From: Bacteroidota bacterium
GTDB lineage: Bacteria > Bacteroidota > Ignavibacteria > SZUA-365
Length of the DNA stretch: 64,000 bases
Direction of reading: 5' to 3'
Assembly: GCA_014860565.1 (NCBI GenBank)
Contig: JACZJN010000068.1
Location: 122,447 to 186,446, forward strand
A program made the translations under genes and the position numbers. The first letter of the stretch is position 1; every line of letters starts with the position of its first letter. The notes under the pieces were generated by a model that was not told the DNA's origin, made no database searches, and saw nothing but the letters and a program-made list of their open reading frames with translations. Below, piece by piece: positions 29,206 through 39,111 of the stretch.

Positions 29206-30807
29206 TCAGACGATGAATTCTTTGGTGATATCGCGGTTGCGGCGCCGCGATATCATTCGAAATTCATCGACCGCAAGCGTATGATCCTGGTCGACACGAA
29301 TACGCACGAAATACTTGAGCATCATGCGGGAAATATGCGAGAGCGCCCCCTCTGTCAGAAATTCCGCCATGGTCGGATGGACCACCAACGCCAGCCGCAG
29401 ATCCTTGCTGTTCGCGCGGAAACGTCTCAGCCAACGCTCGATCTGTGTGAGCATCGATGACTTCGACAACACGCGGGCTGTGCCCTGGCAGGTCGGACAG
29501 GTTTCACTCACCGACATCTGCACGCTTTCCCGTACGCGCTGCCGCGTGATCTGCATGAGGCCGAAGTCAGAGAGAGGGAGAATCGTGTACTTTGCGCGGT
29601 CACGGCGCATCTCTCGGCGCACTTCGTCCACGAGCTTACGCTTGTTCTCCTCATGATCCATATCGATAAAATCGATCACGATGATGCCACCCAGATCACG
29701 GAGTCGGATCTGCCGTGCGATTTCCCGCGCCGCCTCCATATTCGTGCGCAGAGAGTTCAGCTCCTGTTCACGCTTCGCTGCGTAGCGCCCGCTGTTCACG
29801 TCGATGACCTTCATCGCCTCGGTGTGCTCGATGATCAGGTAGCCGCCACTCTTCAGCCAGACTTTGCGACTCATCGACTGCTGAATCTGTTTTTCGATAT
29901 CGTAGGCGTCGAAGATCGGAGCCCTGTCGCTGTGGTAGCTGAGCACATCGACCTTGTGCGGAGCCACGAGATTCAGGTACGCCCGGATCTCGCGGTACAT
30001 GCGGCGCGAGTCCACTGCCACACGTGTGACGTCCTCGGAGAAGAGATCGCGCATCGTACTCGAGGATGTATTCATGTCTTTATACAGCAGCGCAGGCGGA
30101 CGCGACTTGCGCAGGTTGCGCTCAATCTCGCGCCAGGTTTGTATCAGCGCCTCGAGGTCCGCACGCAGCACATCCTCGGGTTTCCCTTCGGCGACAGTGC
30201 GAATGATGATGCCGTATCCCGTGGGCAGAATGCCACGCACGAGACGGCGCAGACGCCGTTTCTCCTTGAAGTTCGCAATCTTCCGCGATACGCCGATTTT
30301 GTTGTCGAAGGGCATCAGCACCACGAAGCGCCCCGGTAGGGCGACTTCAGTCGTAACGCGCACCCCCTTGTTTCCCACCGGCTCCTTGAAAATCTGCACG
30401 ACGATTTCCTGTCCGCGTGTCAGCTGAACCTGCGAGGGTGGACGGCGCCTGCGGTGTGGCCGGCCCCCATTTCTATTCGCGGGTTTGCCTGTTTTCTCCT
30501 CTTCCTCATCGTCATCGTCTTCATCACTTACCCTGTCGAACTCGTCGTCATCACCGCTGGTGGTCTGGTATTCGCGGAATGCATCGCCGATATCGGAATA
30601 ATGCAGGAAGGCATCCTGCCCCAGGCCGATGTCAATGAACGAGGCTTGTATCCCCTGCATGACCTTGGCCACGGTCCCGAGATAGATATCTCCGACCATG
30701 CGCTCTTTTTCTTCGCTCTCGACAAACAGCTCCGCCAGTTTGCCATCTTCTACGATGGCGATCCGCTGAGCGTTGTCGGAAGCATTGATGATAATTTCTT
30801 TCTGCAT
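29206..30807 (-). CDS. Rne/Rng-family ribonuclease (RNase G-length)
   Basis: S1 domain GDIYLG...AFLHYSD, YLIIEHTEAMKVIDVNSG, RLRDLGGIIVIDFIDM, CPTCQG. No long C-terminal scaffold. Confidence 0.95.
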   Translation of the reverse strand: MQKEIIINASDNAQRIAIVEDGKLAELFVESEEKERMVGDIYLGTVAKVMQGIQASFIDIGLGQDAFLHYSDIGDAFREYQTTSGDDDEFDRVSDEDDDDEEEEKTGKPANRNGGRPHRRRRPPSQVQLTRGQEIVVQIFKEPVGNKGVRVTTEVALPGRFVVLMPFDNKIGVSRKIANFKEKRRLRRLVRGILPTGYGIIIRTVAEGKPEDVLRADLEALIQTWREIERNLRKSRPPALLYKDMNTSSSTMRDLFSEDVTRVAVDSRRMYREIRAYLNLVAPHKVDVLSYHSDRAPIFDAYDIEKQIQQSMSRKVWLKSGGYLIIEHTEAMKVIDVNSGRYAAKREQELNSLRTNMEAAREIARQIRLRDLGGIIVIDFIDMDHEENKRKLVDEVRREMRRDRAKYTILPLSDFGLMQITRQRVRESVQMSVSETCPTCQGTARVLSKSSMLTQIERWLRRFRANSKDLRLALVVHPTMAEFLTEGALSHISRMMLKYFVRIRVDQDHTLAVDEFRMISRRRNRDITKEFIV

Positions 30808-30913
30808 AACCTTTCCATATACTCATGCCGAAAACCCGCGAGGGCCGGACACAACATCGTATCCGGGACTCCCACAGGGATCCGGTTCATGCTTAAATAT
30901 TTTTCAAAAAATC

Positions 30914-32527
30914 CTATAACTGCGACAGCAGCGAAATGCGAACCCCGTCGAAGGGCAGTATTTCGCGGCATATGCCGCTCGTACAGACCAGACCGCCGCG
31001 TTCGGTACCGTAGCTGATCGTTGCGATGTGATCATTGCCGAGACGGTAGGCGAACTCGATCGTACGCCAAAAATCCTTGCCCGTGGCGTCGGTCTTGTCT
31101 GTCGTGTATTCCATACGCACGGTGGCTGACCACTGTGCGGCGCGTGCGAAGGTCAGAGAGATGTACTCATTAAAGTACTCTGGTGACTCACGGCTGAAAC
31201 TGTCATGATATAACTGTGATTCAACACTTACCCCGACGCTGTATTCGTCGCTGAGCATGTGCTCGACTCGGATCGGGATGGTCGTGCTGGATTGCTCATG
31301 CGCGAGGTTGCCCTCGTACGGCGCGTCATACCGGCGGTTGAAAGCGGCACGGACGTAAGACTGTCCGTCATAATACCACTCCACCTCACCATACAATTCC
31401 CAAAACGGACTGAATTTCTCGTCCATCGTAGGCATGATGGAGTTCTCTCTTTCGTATGTCACGAGAAAACCGTTCCTGGAAGTGTAGCCGAAATGCCGAC
31501 TGGCGGCGGCGCCGTTAAGATTCAGTGTGATCTCCGGTGTGAGCGAATAGAACACATCGACCTGCATGCCGACTTCATCATTGAAATCGACAACGTGCGG
31601 ATTGCGAGAGAGCAGCGTGAAATAGTGTTCCTTGTGCACGATAGGCGGATTCTGCATCGGAAGCATGCGCGAGGGACGGTTTGGATCGCGCTCTTCCTCA
31701 CCCACCGTATCGAAGCTGTAATCCTTGTACTCGACCGTGACTCCAAGGCCGAAGTCCGCAGTGTACGACAGGCTGCCGTAGAGCGCATCTCCGTTGCTGC
31801 TGCCCGAAGCAAACGTACCGTCGGCAGTGGGCTGGAGGAACGTCGTCCGCTTCCAAGCCTGCTGCATGAAAAGCTCGAATCCGAGTCCGCGAAGCGAGGC
31901 CATCAGCTCCGGAATGTCTGCATGCACCTGATCGATGCCGAAAGCGACCGGAAGTTCGCCATCCGCGCCGACGATGCTTCCGCCGATACGCAGGAACTCC
32001 AGCGGCTTGATTTCGAGATGCCCGCTCTTGACTGAATACGTTTCGATGCGCTCGGAATTGAGCAGATCGTAATAGCGCATCTTCCCCATCGCAAAAATGG
32101 CGTTGACGAAGTCGTTGCGATAGCTGCCGCGCAATCCGTCGAGACGCGTGTCGTAATTGATGCCGCGATTCTCGAAGAGATTCATCGCGAGTCCTTTCCC
32201 GAACAGCGTATAGAAATCACCCGCGCGCAGTTCGAGCCCCTGGCGGGAAAATTCGACATAGCGTTTGCGGATGCCGTTGAAATTGGGGCCGAACTCAGGA
32301 GGATCGTCGTACAGATACTCGAATCCGATGGTAAAATTATCCCAGAACAGGCGTACGTTCGTCTGGTTTTCGATGTACTCCTTCGCGCGCGATTCGCCGC
32401 CGATGACCTGGTCACCATTGCCATAGCGCATGAAGTTGCCGACAGAATACTGCACCTGCGCAAGAGCAGGGGCCGCAAAGGTGATCAGAAGCAGCCAGCA
32501 ATAGAGAAGCAATTTTTTCATGTTCAC
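30914..32527 (-). CDS. DUF6029-like outer-membrane beta-barrel protein
   Basis: Signal peptide. LRAGDFYTLFGKGL...YDTRLDG and C-terminal GGLVCTSGICR. Start is GTG 32527 or ATG 32521. Confidence 0.65.
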   Translation of the reverse strand: MNMKKLLLYCWLLLITFAAPALAQVQYSVGNFMRYGNGDQVIGGESRAKEYIENQTNVRLFWDNFTIGFEYLYDDPPEFGPNFNGIRKRYVEFSRQGLELRAGDFYTLFGKGLAMNLFENRGINYDTRLDGLRGSYRNDFVNAIFAMGKMRYYDLLNSERIETYSVKSGHLEIKPLEFLRIGGSIVGADGELPVAFGIDQVHADIPELMASLRGLGFELFMQQAWKRTTFLQPTADGTFASGSSNGDALYGSLSYTADFGLGVTVEYKDYSFDTVGEEERDPNRPSRMLPMQNPPIVHKEHYFTLLSRNPHVVDFNDEVGMQVDVFYSLTPEITLNLNGAAASRHFGYTSRNGFLVTYERENSIMPTMDEKFSPFWELYGEVEWYYDGQSYVRAAFNRRYDAPYEGNLAHEQSSTTIPIRVEHMLSDEYSVGVSVESQLYHDSFSRESPEYFNEYISLTFARAAQWSATVRMEYTTDKTDATGKDFWRTIEFAYRLGNDHIATISYGTERGGLVCTSGICREILPFDGVRISLLSQL

Positions 32528-33033
32528 TCCAGCAGCTTCTTGATGTCTGCTTCGATCTCATTCTCGTCGCCGGCAATATACCCGGTACGTTTGGCAACGA
32601 GCTTCCCGTCCTGGCTGACGATGAGAGAATACGGCATACTCTGGCCGTTGAGCTTCTTGAACACTTCGCTGTTCGGATCAAGCAGAAAGTCGTAGGGCAA
32701 CTTCTGCGCGCGAACGTATGCCTTGACTTTCGCCAGGCTGCGTGGGTTGTCGAGGTTGACGGCCAGATAGTGCAGGTTCTTGTCCTTGTACTTTTCGTAC
32801 ACGGAGACGAGCGCCTTCATTTCCTGTTTGCAGGGTTCGCACCACATGGCCCAGAAGCTGATCAGCACAGCGCCTTTCTCTCCGCCCTCTTTCACGGAGG
32901 CGAGATACTTCTGGAAAGAGAATTCATTTCCGTCTACATCGCGCAGGCGAAAATCGACGGACGTAAGGTCCTGCGCCGCGACCCTCCCGACTAAGGCGAG
33001 AAGGATTGCGGCAAACAACACAAGCTTTTTCAT
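32524..33033 (-). CDS. TlpA-family thiol-disulfide oxidoreductase (exported)
   Basis: ATG at 33033 (MKKLVLF), signal peptide, SFWAMWCEPC, and a cis-Pro-type MPY motif. Confidence 0.88.
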   Translation of the reverse strand: MKKLVLFAAILLALVGRVAAQDLTSVDFRLRDVDGNEFSFQKYLASVKEGGEKGAVLISFWAMWCEPCKQEMKALVSVYEKYKDKNLHYLAVNLDNPRSLAKVKAYVRAQKLPYDFLLDPNSEVFKKLNGQSMPYSLIVSQDGKLVAKRTGYIAGDENEIEADIKKLLE

Positions 33034-33076
33034 ACAGAGATTCCTTGTCATTCTTATGGAATTCTGGTTGGATTCT

Positions 33077-33691
33077 TCATAGGGGAAGGACGTCGTACAT
33101 GCGCAGCACGTCACGGGCTCCTTCGATGGAAACATATTGGTACCCATGCATGCCGAGCGCGGAAGCGGCATCGGCATAGGCAGCGATGTCGTCAAAATAA
33201 ATGGCCTCGTCAGCTTCGCAGCCAGCGCAGAGCAGCGCCTCGTTGAACATTGCTCGTTCCGGCTTGCTCTTTCCAGTTTCATAGGAAAATACCGTTCGCG
33301 AAAACAGGTCAAACACTTCCGGGAAGCGCTTTCGCGCGAATTCGATATGAAGCGGATTGGTGTTCGAAAGCATGACCAGCGTCACCCGCTCGCGAATACT
33401 GGAAAGCAATTGGAGGAATTCCTCATTGGGCCAGAAAATATCAGCCCAGATCATTCGAAACTCTTCTTCAGACATCGACTGCGGGAGGCAAAGCGCCCGT
33501 CCCGTCCGGGCGAGAAATTCTGGTGTATCAAGGCTTCCGCACTCGAACTCGTGCATCAGAGGCCAGAATTGCTGCTCCTGCTCGTGATCCCACACAGTGC
33601 CCGGGAGATGCTTGGCAAGCCTCTGAATGATCAACCGGTGATCGAAATGCAAGAGTACGTTGCCAAGATCACTGATCACTGCACGGATCAT
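33077..33691 (-). CDS. HAD-superfamily phosphatase (YihX-like)
   Basis: ISDLGNVL, MLSNTN, KSKPE, YFDD motifs. Confidence 0.88.
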   Translation of the reverse strand: MIRAVISDLGNVLLHFDHRLIIQRLAKHLPGTVWDHEQEQQFWPLMHEFECGSLDTPEFLARTGRALCLPQSMSEEEFRMIWADIFWPNEEFLQLLSSIRERVTLVMLSNTNPLHIEFARKRFPEVFDLFSRTVFSYETGKSKPERAMFNEALLCAGCEADEAIYFDDIAAYADAASALGMHGYQYVSIEGARDVLRMYDVLPL

Positions 33692-34015
33692 GCGTGTCGC
33701 TCCGGATTGCGGCGAGGAAAGGCATCGCGAAGAACGCCGCCGGGAAGGGTTGACTGCGATACGCGGGTATCGGAGAATTCTACGTGTGTGAAATCAGGTG
33801 CCAGGGTGTTTGTTGGGAGCATGAAAATCGAGTCGCACAATGCAATATGGCAAAATACGGAACCCTCTGTCCTGAAACAACTTCTGTAAAATCAACGCGT
33901 AACGGCAAGGACAGACTCATTGTACCGGAAGAATCAGCGATCGGTTCCGGAAACTTGCGAACCTCCTCTCCGCTTGCGATGTTGAGAGGGAATCTGCAAT
34001 CATCTAGAGGAGCAA

Positions 34016-34483
34016 ATGGCAGCGAAACGATATTGGTTATTCAAGACAGAGCCGGAATCCTACGGCATTGCTGACCTGAAACGAGATACCGCAACATTCT
34101 GGGACGGCGTACGGAATTATCAGGCGAGAAATTTCCTGCGCGACGCTATCAAAACCGGTGACGGCGTCCTTTTCTACCACAGCAACGCATCTCCTCCGGC
34201 GATCGTGGGTGTCGCTCGCGTCACCCGTGACGGCTATCCCGATCACACGCAGTTCGAACAAGGGCACCGTAAATTTGACCCCAAAGCATCTGAGGACAAT
34301 CCCAGATGGTATATGGTGGATATCGCTTTTGAAACCGAGTTTCCTCGGGCATTACCGCTGGATGAACTCCGCGGCATCGAGGCGCTGGAGGGGATGGAAC
34401 TCCTGCGAACAGGGAGCCGCCTCTCGATACAGCCTGTCAGAAAAGCGGAATGGGATACGATACTGCGTCTCGCGAAAAAATAG
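34016..34483 (+). CDS. EVE-domain (Thy28-like) protein
   Basis: YWLFKTEP, WDGVRNYQARNFLR, FYHSN, RLSIQPV. GAGGAG SD. Confidence 0.93.
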   Translation: MAAKRYWLFKTEPESYGIADLKRDTATFWDGVRNYQARNFLRDAIKTGDGVLFYHSNASPPAIVGVARVTRDGYPDHTQFEQGHRKFDPKASEDNPRWYMVDIAFETEFPRALPLDELRGIEALEGMELLRTGSRLSIQPVRKAEWDTILRLAKK

Positions 34484-34502
34484 CCCGCGCGTCGCCCCAC
34501 CC

Positions 34503-37500
34503 TTACTTGATAAGCTTCATGCGCTGCACCTTCACCTGTGTGGGTGTGCGCAGCACGGCGGTATACACTCCTGAGGACAATTCCCCGGCGTTGAAATACA
34601 CGCGGTAGCGGCCCGGCTCCCGGTCGTCATCGACAAGTGTTGCGACCCGCCGTCCGAGCATGTCGAGCACGAAGAGTTCGGTGCGCCCCCGTTCAATCGT
34701 TTCGTAGGTCAGCATGGTCATGCTGTTGAAGGGATTTGGATGATTGGGCTCGAGCGCGATTCTGCCTTCGGAGTCGAAAAGGCGTTCTCCTCCCTCACGA
34801 CACACGTCCATGCGCAGAATTCCGTCAATGCGCGTGATGAGGACTTTGTCCTGATCCCATGAAAAGGATTCGATGACCAGCGGCGTTTCAGAAGCAGTGC
34901 CGAGGGTGGCGACAAACTGCAACTCGGCCAGAACCTCCGCGGCGGATTCAAAATTTCCCGTCACGGATATGATACGTTCACCATCGATTACATCCCCGAA
35001 TGGCGTATTCCCTATCGGGACCAGCATGCTTTCGTTGAAGCGGATACGTGCCTCGTAGCGCTTCACACCTGCCCGTCCAAGGTTATTCTGTTCAGGCATT
35101 GTGAGAGCAATCGTGACCGGGTCGCCGGGGGTGGCCTGAAGCTGAGGCAAGGCGATCGTTGACGCCGCGACAAAAAGATCCTCGTAACGGAACGGTTCGG
35201 AAATCGCCGTGCAGCCGTTCACATCGTGAATTCGCACACGATACCAGACATCGGGCAGCCCCGGATAGCGCTGTCCGGTAGCGCCGGGTATTTCGTTCAG
35301 CACGCCACTTTCATCCTCATACCATTGGTATGCGATGGCCGGTGTCGATTCCAGATCCGCCGCAGGTCGAGAGATGACAGGCGGAGGCGGAAGTGGATGC
35401 ACAATCACGCTGACAGGTACTGCCACAGCTTCGCAAGCATCCGCATTCCGCACGGTTACGGAATACGTCCCGCTGCGTCGCACCAAGATAGACGAGGCGG
35501 CCTCACCTGACGACCAGGCGTATCGGGCATAGCTTTCGGTTGTGCTCAACTGCACGCTGTCGCCTTCACAGAATTCCAGCGGACCGTCCGCGACGATCTC
35601 CGGTTCCGGCAATGGAAGAAATCCAACAGTGATGGGCTGCGCCACTCCTTCACAGCCTTCGGAAGTGCGCACACGGAGAGTGAACGTACCGGGATCGTGC
35701 ACGACGATTGTCGCACCGGTCTCGCCGGTCGACCACGCATATGAGGAATAGCTGCCGGTAACCCCGAGTAAAACACTGTCGCCTTCGCAGACCGGAATGG
35801 GAGTCTGCGCAACGATTTGCGGATTCGGCAAGGGGAACACGGTGACCTGAATGGCAGGGGACGTTCCAGTGCAGCCGATCGCGTTCGTAACCGTCACGTA
35901 ATAGCTGCCCGGACCATTGACCTCGATGGAAGACGTCGTGTCGCCGGTGGACCAGCGGTAGCTTTTGAATCCCATCGGAGCGTCGAGCCGCACGCTTCCC
36001 CCCTCACAGAATTCCACGGGACCAGATGCGGTCACCAGAGGCTGCGGTGCAGACAGAACCGTAACGGTGATCGAGGTGTCACCGCGGCACGTCGCGGAGC
36101 CGAACAATTCCGTTATCCCAACTTCATAGGTGCCCGGCGTATCCCAACGCACAGTGATGCTGTGAGTATCATTTCCTTCAAGAATAAAACCTCCGAATAC
36201 CTGCCACTGATAAACGGCACCAGGGATCTCGGATACGGAGTAACGCACCGAATCTCCGGCGCATAGCGTCAACGGCCCTGCAATCGAGGGAACAGGCCGA
36301 TTCGTCACGGTGACTGCAATGCTGTCGACTCCGGCGTCGCAGCCATCCAACGTCCGCGCCGCCACCACGTAGGTCCCGGCATCGCGCACGACAATGCGCT
36401 GCGTCGTCGCACCAGTCGACCAGGAATAGGAGAGGTATCCGCTTCCTGCATCGAGTACGACACTGTCCCCTTCACAGAGGACGGTGCTGCCTTCCACATC
36501 GATCTCGACCTGCAACTGCGGCCAAACGGTGACAAGCACCGAATCATGATCGACGCAGCCGTTGCCGTCGATGACCGTCAGTCGATACCAGGTGCTGGAC
36601 GTCGGCGAGACGACAGGATTGCGGATAGTAGAGTCGCTGAGTCCGGCCGAGGGCGACCAGCGCCACAGGAAGGGATTGGTTCCGCGGCTGACGCTCCCCT
36701 GCAACTGTACGCTTTCGCCCGGACAAATGGACAGGTTGCTGCCAGCATCGATTGCAACGTCATTCACCGTTACGATGACGGTATCGTAAACAACACAGCC
36801 ACGGCTGTCAGTGACCGTCACCACGTATTCCGTCGGGTTCGCCGGTGACGCCGTCGGCATCGGACTCCTGGAATCGTCGAGACCGATGGCCGGCGTCCAT
36901 AAATAGCGCACCGGGGGAGACGGACTCCATGCCGTGTCGCCAATCACCACGGATGAGCCTCGGCATATTCGCCTGTCAGGTCCGGCATCGAACACAATAG
37001 CGTTGACCGTCACCAGCACGCTGTCCTCTATGATGCACCCCTCGCCGCTTTGCATGACGACGTGATACATGGTCGTGATCGAAGGGGACGCTGTTGGAGT
37101 GGCGATGGACGGATCACTTAAACCATCGGGCGGAGTCCATTCATAGGAATACGGTGGTCGACCGTTCGTGGCGGGACTACCAATGACGATCGCACTGCCC
37201 TGGCATATGGTTGTATCGGGACCGGCTTCGAACGCAATATCCGAGACAGTCACGACGACCGTGTCGCGAACAATGCAGCCCGCCTCGGTGCGGAGTGTCA
37301 GAACGTACGTCGTGGTCACGGACGGCGATGCAAACGGCATTTCTATATTCGGATCACTGAGTCCGTTTTCTGGGGTCCAATGCACGGTATACGGTGAAAT
37401 TGCGTCCAGCACGGGGGTTCCGATCTGGACGATGCCGTTCGGACAGCGAATGGTGTCGAGGCCCGCGTCGATGAGTGGAAGGCTGTCGACGCGCACCCGT

Positions 37501-38843
37501 ACGCTGTCCAGCGCCTCGCATCCTGTCAGGGAATCACGCACTGTAAATATATACATTCTCGTGGCGGAAGGGCTGACACGAATCGATAGCTGCTCTGATT
37601 GGGCAGGGTCATCCCAGTGATAGCGAAGCACACCCGAGCCTCCGAGAATGGCCGCGGCGAGGTCTACTTCATCACCTTCGCAAAGCACGACGTCGTCCGG
37701 CATGTCTATCTGAAGCGGCGCTGCCTCGAAAATGCGGATGGAGTCGCGTACAAGTCCCGTCTTGCACAGATCGTCGATGTAGATCGTTACCCACTCCCCG
37801 TTGTCCGCGATACCGTCTGCCAGGGCGTTGATCGGTATGATATAGGAATCCTGCCCGGGCAGAAAGGTGACCGTGTTACCGATGGTGGTGTAGTCTGTTC
37901 CGTTCGTGGCTGAGCCGCGCACCTCGTAGGTGACCGTCAGGGATTTTTCAAGATTGCCCCCGCGGAGGATTTCGATGAGTCCCGATTGGCACCCGCCTTC
38001 GGGCGCGTCACGGAGGCCGATGACGCTCAGTGCGTCCCCTGCGTCAAAACTTCCCGACCTGAGAAAAACGCCGGAGTCGAGGAACGGGTCCGCCACGTCA
38101 GTAATAGCGAGCTTGAGGTGATACGTCTCGCAGGGCGTAACGTGTGCGACGGCTTTGAAAACTTTCGTGAATCCATCGTACTCGACGCTGGTACCCAGAT
38201 AGTTATTGACGTAGTACTGCGTATTGAGGATGTGGTTGACGTTATTGATCGAAACCGGGATGGCCGTCCCCGGGATGAGAGCGATATTCTGCTTCCCTGT
38301 GATGCCAGGTCCGCTGATGAAGAAGGCAAATACGTCATTGAAGGGTGAACCGACGTACTCCGTGTATTCATCCGAGCCAAACACGTATTCGAAGGTTACC
38401 GAATCCTGGTACGGAACGAAATCAAACTGCAGCACTGCTGCGTCGAATGTGAGTGCGTTCACAATCTGTGCAAGGTCCGGATCCCCCGCCGCCAATGCGG
38501 CGAAACTGATATCGTCCTTGCTGTTCGGACCGACTGCAAAACCGACCCATCCGGTTGTCAGCAGGACACCAGAGCTGATCCCGATATTGCTCTTCGTCCC
38601 GTCGAAATAGCCGATTGCCCGCGGGAAGCCTCGAAACTGGAGATTGCTGACCTGTGCCCCACCACCAATGAAGTGGTTTCGCACCAGTTCCTGGAGCGGA
38701 ATATCTTCGCGTACCACCAGCTGCGCCTTCGCGACATGCGTCAGCGGCGGCAGGATGAGCGAAAGCAGAAGGAGTAATTGTGCAAGAGGAGGTATCTGCA
38801 ATCTCATAGGCAAGTGGAATGACGTCTTTCGTGAATGCATCAA
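34503..38843 (-). CDS. Large T9SS cargo/adhesin: choice-of-anchor L, Calx-beta-like, tandem Ig/PKD-like repeats, cohesin-like segment and type A CTD
   Basis: FDYVFGSDEY-type motif (TFEYVFGSDEYTEYV...NDVFAFF). About 4 DAG..ICxG...WTP..GL.DP...P.ASP..TT.Y repeats and about 4 FCEGDSV.L...WSTG.T repeats. Terminal NHPNPFN...VLDMLGRRVATL...LSSGVY...MKLIK. Confidence 0.85.
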   Translation of the reverse strand: MMHSRKTSFHLPMRLQIPPLAQLLLLLSLILPPLTHVAKAQLVVREDIPLQELVRNHFIGGGAQVSNLQFRGFPRAIGYFDGTKSNIGISSGVLLTTGWVGFAVGPNSKDDISFAALAAGDPDLAQIVNALTFDAAVLQFDFVPYQDSVTFEYVFGSDEYTEYVGSPFNDVFAFFISGPGITGKQNIALIPGTAIPVSINNVNHILNTQYYVNNYLGTSVEYDGFTKVFKAVAHVTPCETYHLKLAITDVADPFLDSGVFLRSGSFDAGDALSVIGLRDAPEGGCQSGLIEILRGGNLEKSLTVTYEVRGSATNGTDYTTIGNTVTFLPGQDSYIIPINALADGIADNGEWVTIYIDDLCKTGLVRDSIRIFEAAPLQIDMPDDVVLCEGDEVDLAAAILGGSGVLRYHWDDPAQSEQLSIRVSPSATRMYIFTVRDSLTGCEALDSVRVRVDSLPLIDAGLDTIRCPNGIVQIGTPVLDAISPYTVHWTPENGLSDPNIEMPFASPSVTTTYVLTLRTEAGCIVRDTVVVTVSDIAFEAGPDTTICQGSAIVIGSPATNGRPPYSYEWTPPDGLSDPSIATPTASPSITTMYHVVMQSGEGCIIEDSVLVTVNAIVFDAGPDRRICRGSSVVIGDTAWSPSPPVRYLWTPAIGLDDSRSPMPTASPANPTEYVVTVTDSRGCVVYDTVIVTVNDVAIDAGSNLSICPGESVQLQGSVSRGTNPFLWRWSPSAGLSDSTIRNPVVSPTSSTWYRLTVIDGNGCVDHDSVLVTVWPQLQVEIDVEGSTVLCEGDSVVLDAGSGYLSYSWSTGATTQRIVVRDAGTYVVAARTLDGCDAGVDSIAVTVTNRPVPSIAGPLTLCAGDSVRYSVSEIPGAVYQWQVFGGFILEGNDTHSITVRWDTPGTYEVGITELFGSATCRGDTSITVTVLSAPQPLVTASGPVEFCEGGSVRLDAPMGFKSYRWSTGDTTSSIEVNGPGSYYVTVTNAIGCTGTSPAIQVTVFPLPNPQIVAQTPIPVCEGDSVLLGVTGSYSSYAWSTGETGATIVVHDPGTFTLRVRTSEGCEGVAQPITVGFLPLPEPEIVADGPLEFCEGDSVQLSTTESYARYAWSSGEAASSILVRRSGTYSVTVRNADACEAVAVPVSVIVHPLPPPPVISRPAADLESTPAIAYQWYEDESGVLNEIPGATGQRYPGLPDVWYRVRIHDVNGCTAISEPFRYEDLFVAASTIALPQLQATPGDPVTIALTMPEQNNLGRAGVKRYEARIRFNESMLVPIGNTPFGDVIDGERIISVTGNFESAAEVLAELQFVATLGTASETPLVIESFSWDQDKVLITRIDGILRMDVCREGGERLFDSEGRIALEPNHPNPFNSMTMLTYETIERGRTELFVLDMLGRRVATLVDDDREPGRYRVYFNAGELSSGVYTAVLRTPTQVKVQRMKLIK

Positions 38844-39029
38844 GGCGGAACGCGTCCTACCATCGATAGATAATCAAATTTGCATTCAGAATCACCTTAC
38901 AAATTCATCTGATGGCGCGACGTTTGTTGGAGCACATTCGAGGATTGAAATGCAGCCGCGTGCTTAGGGACATCGAAACCGTGGAAAGCAGGTCATGAAA
39001 TAGTGACCTGAAAAAAATCTGACTCTGAA

Positions 39030-39060
39030 TGAAACCCAGCGCGTATGGTCCCGTATACCC
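39030..39060 (+). promoter_or_regulatory. Putative ECF-sigma (SigW/RpoE-type) promoter
   Basis: TGAAAC, 16-nt spacer, CGTA(TACCC), matching the Bacillus SigW-type consensus TGAAAC-N16-CGTA. Confidence 0.55.
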
Positions 39061-39111
39061 CCCTGTTCATCACTAAAAAACGCATTCAATGAACCTCGAT
39101 TGGAGTCTGCC

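Noticed and set aside
32524-33312. Apparent long N-terminal extensions or gene overlaps in the ORF track (TlpA, GWxTD, rlmN, DUF3108, ftsE, DEDD fusion)
   Set aside because: Downstream ATG or TTG starts with signal peptides or SD sequences remove the overlaps; these are not frameshifts or fusions.
33692-34015. 6S RNA or riboswitch in the 324-nt divergent intergenic region before the EVE gene
   Set aside because: Only short scattered stems (TCTGTCCT/AGGACAGA, CCGGAA/TTCCGG, CCTCTC/GAGAGG). I could not build a long 6S-like rod or match cobalamin, TPP or SAM cores by eye; an Infernal scan would settle it.
34016-34483. EVE domain as a modification-dependent restriction component
   Set aside because: It is a stand-alone Thy28-like protein with no nuclease fusion or neighbouring defence genes.
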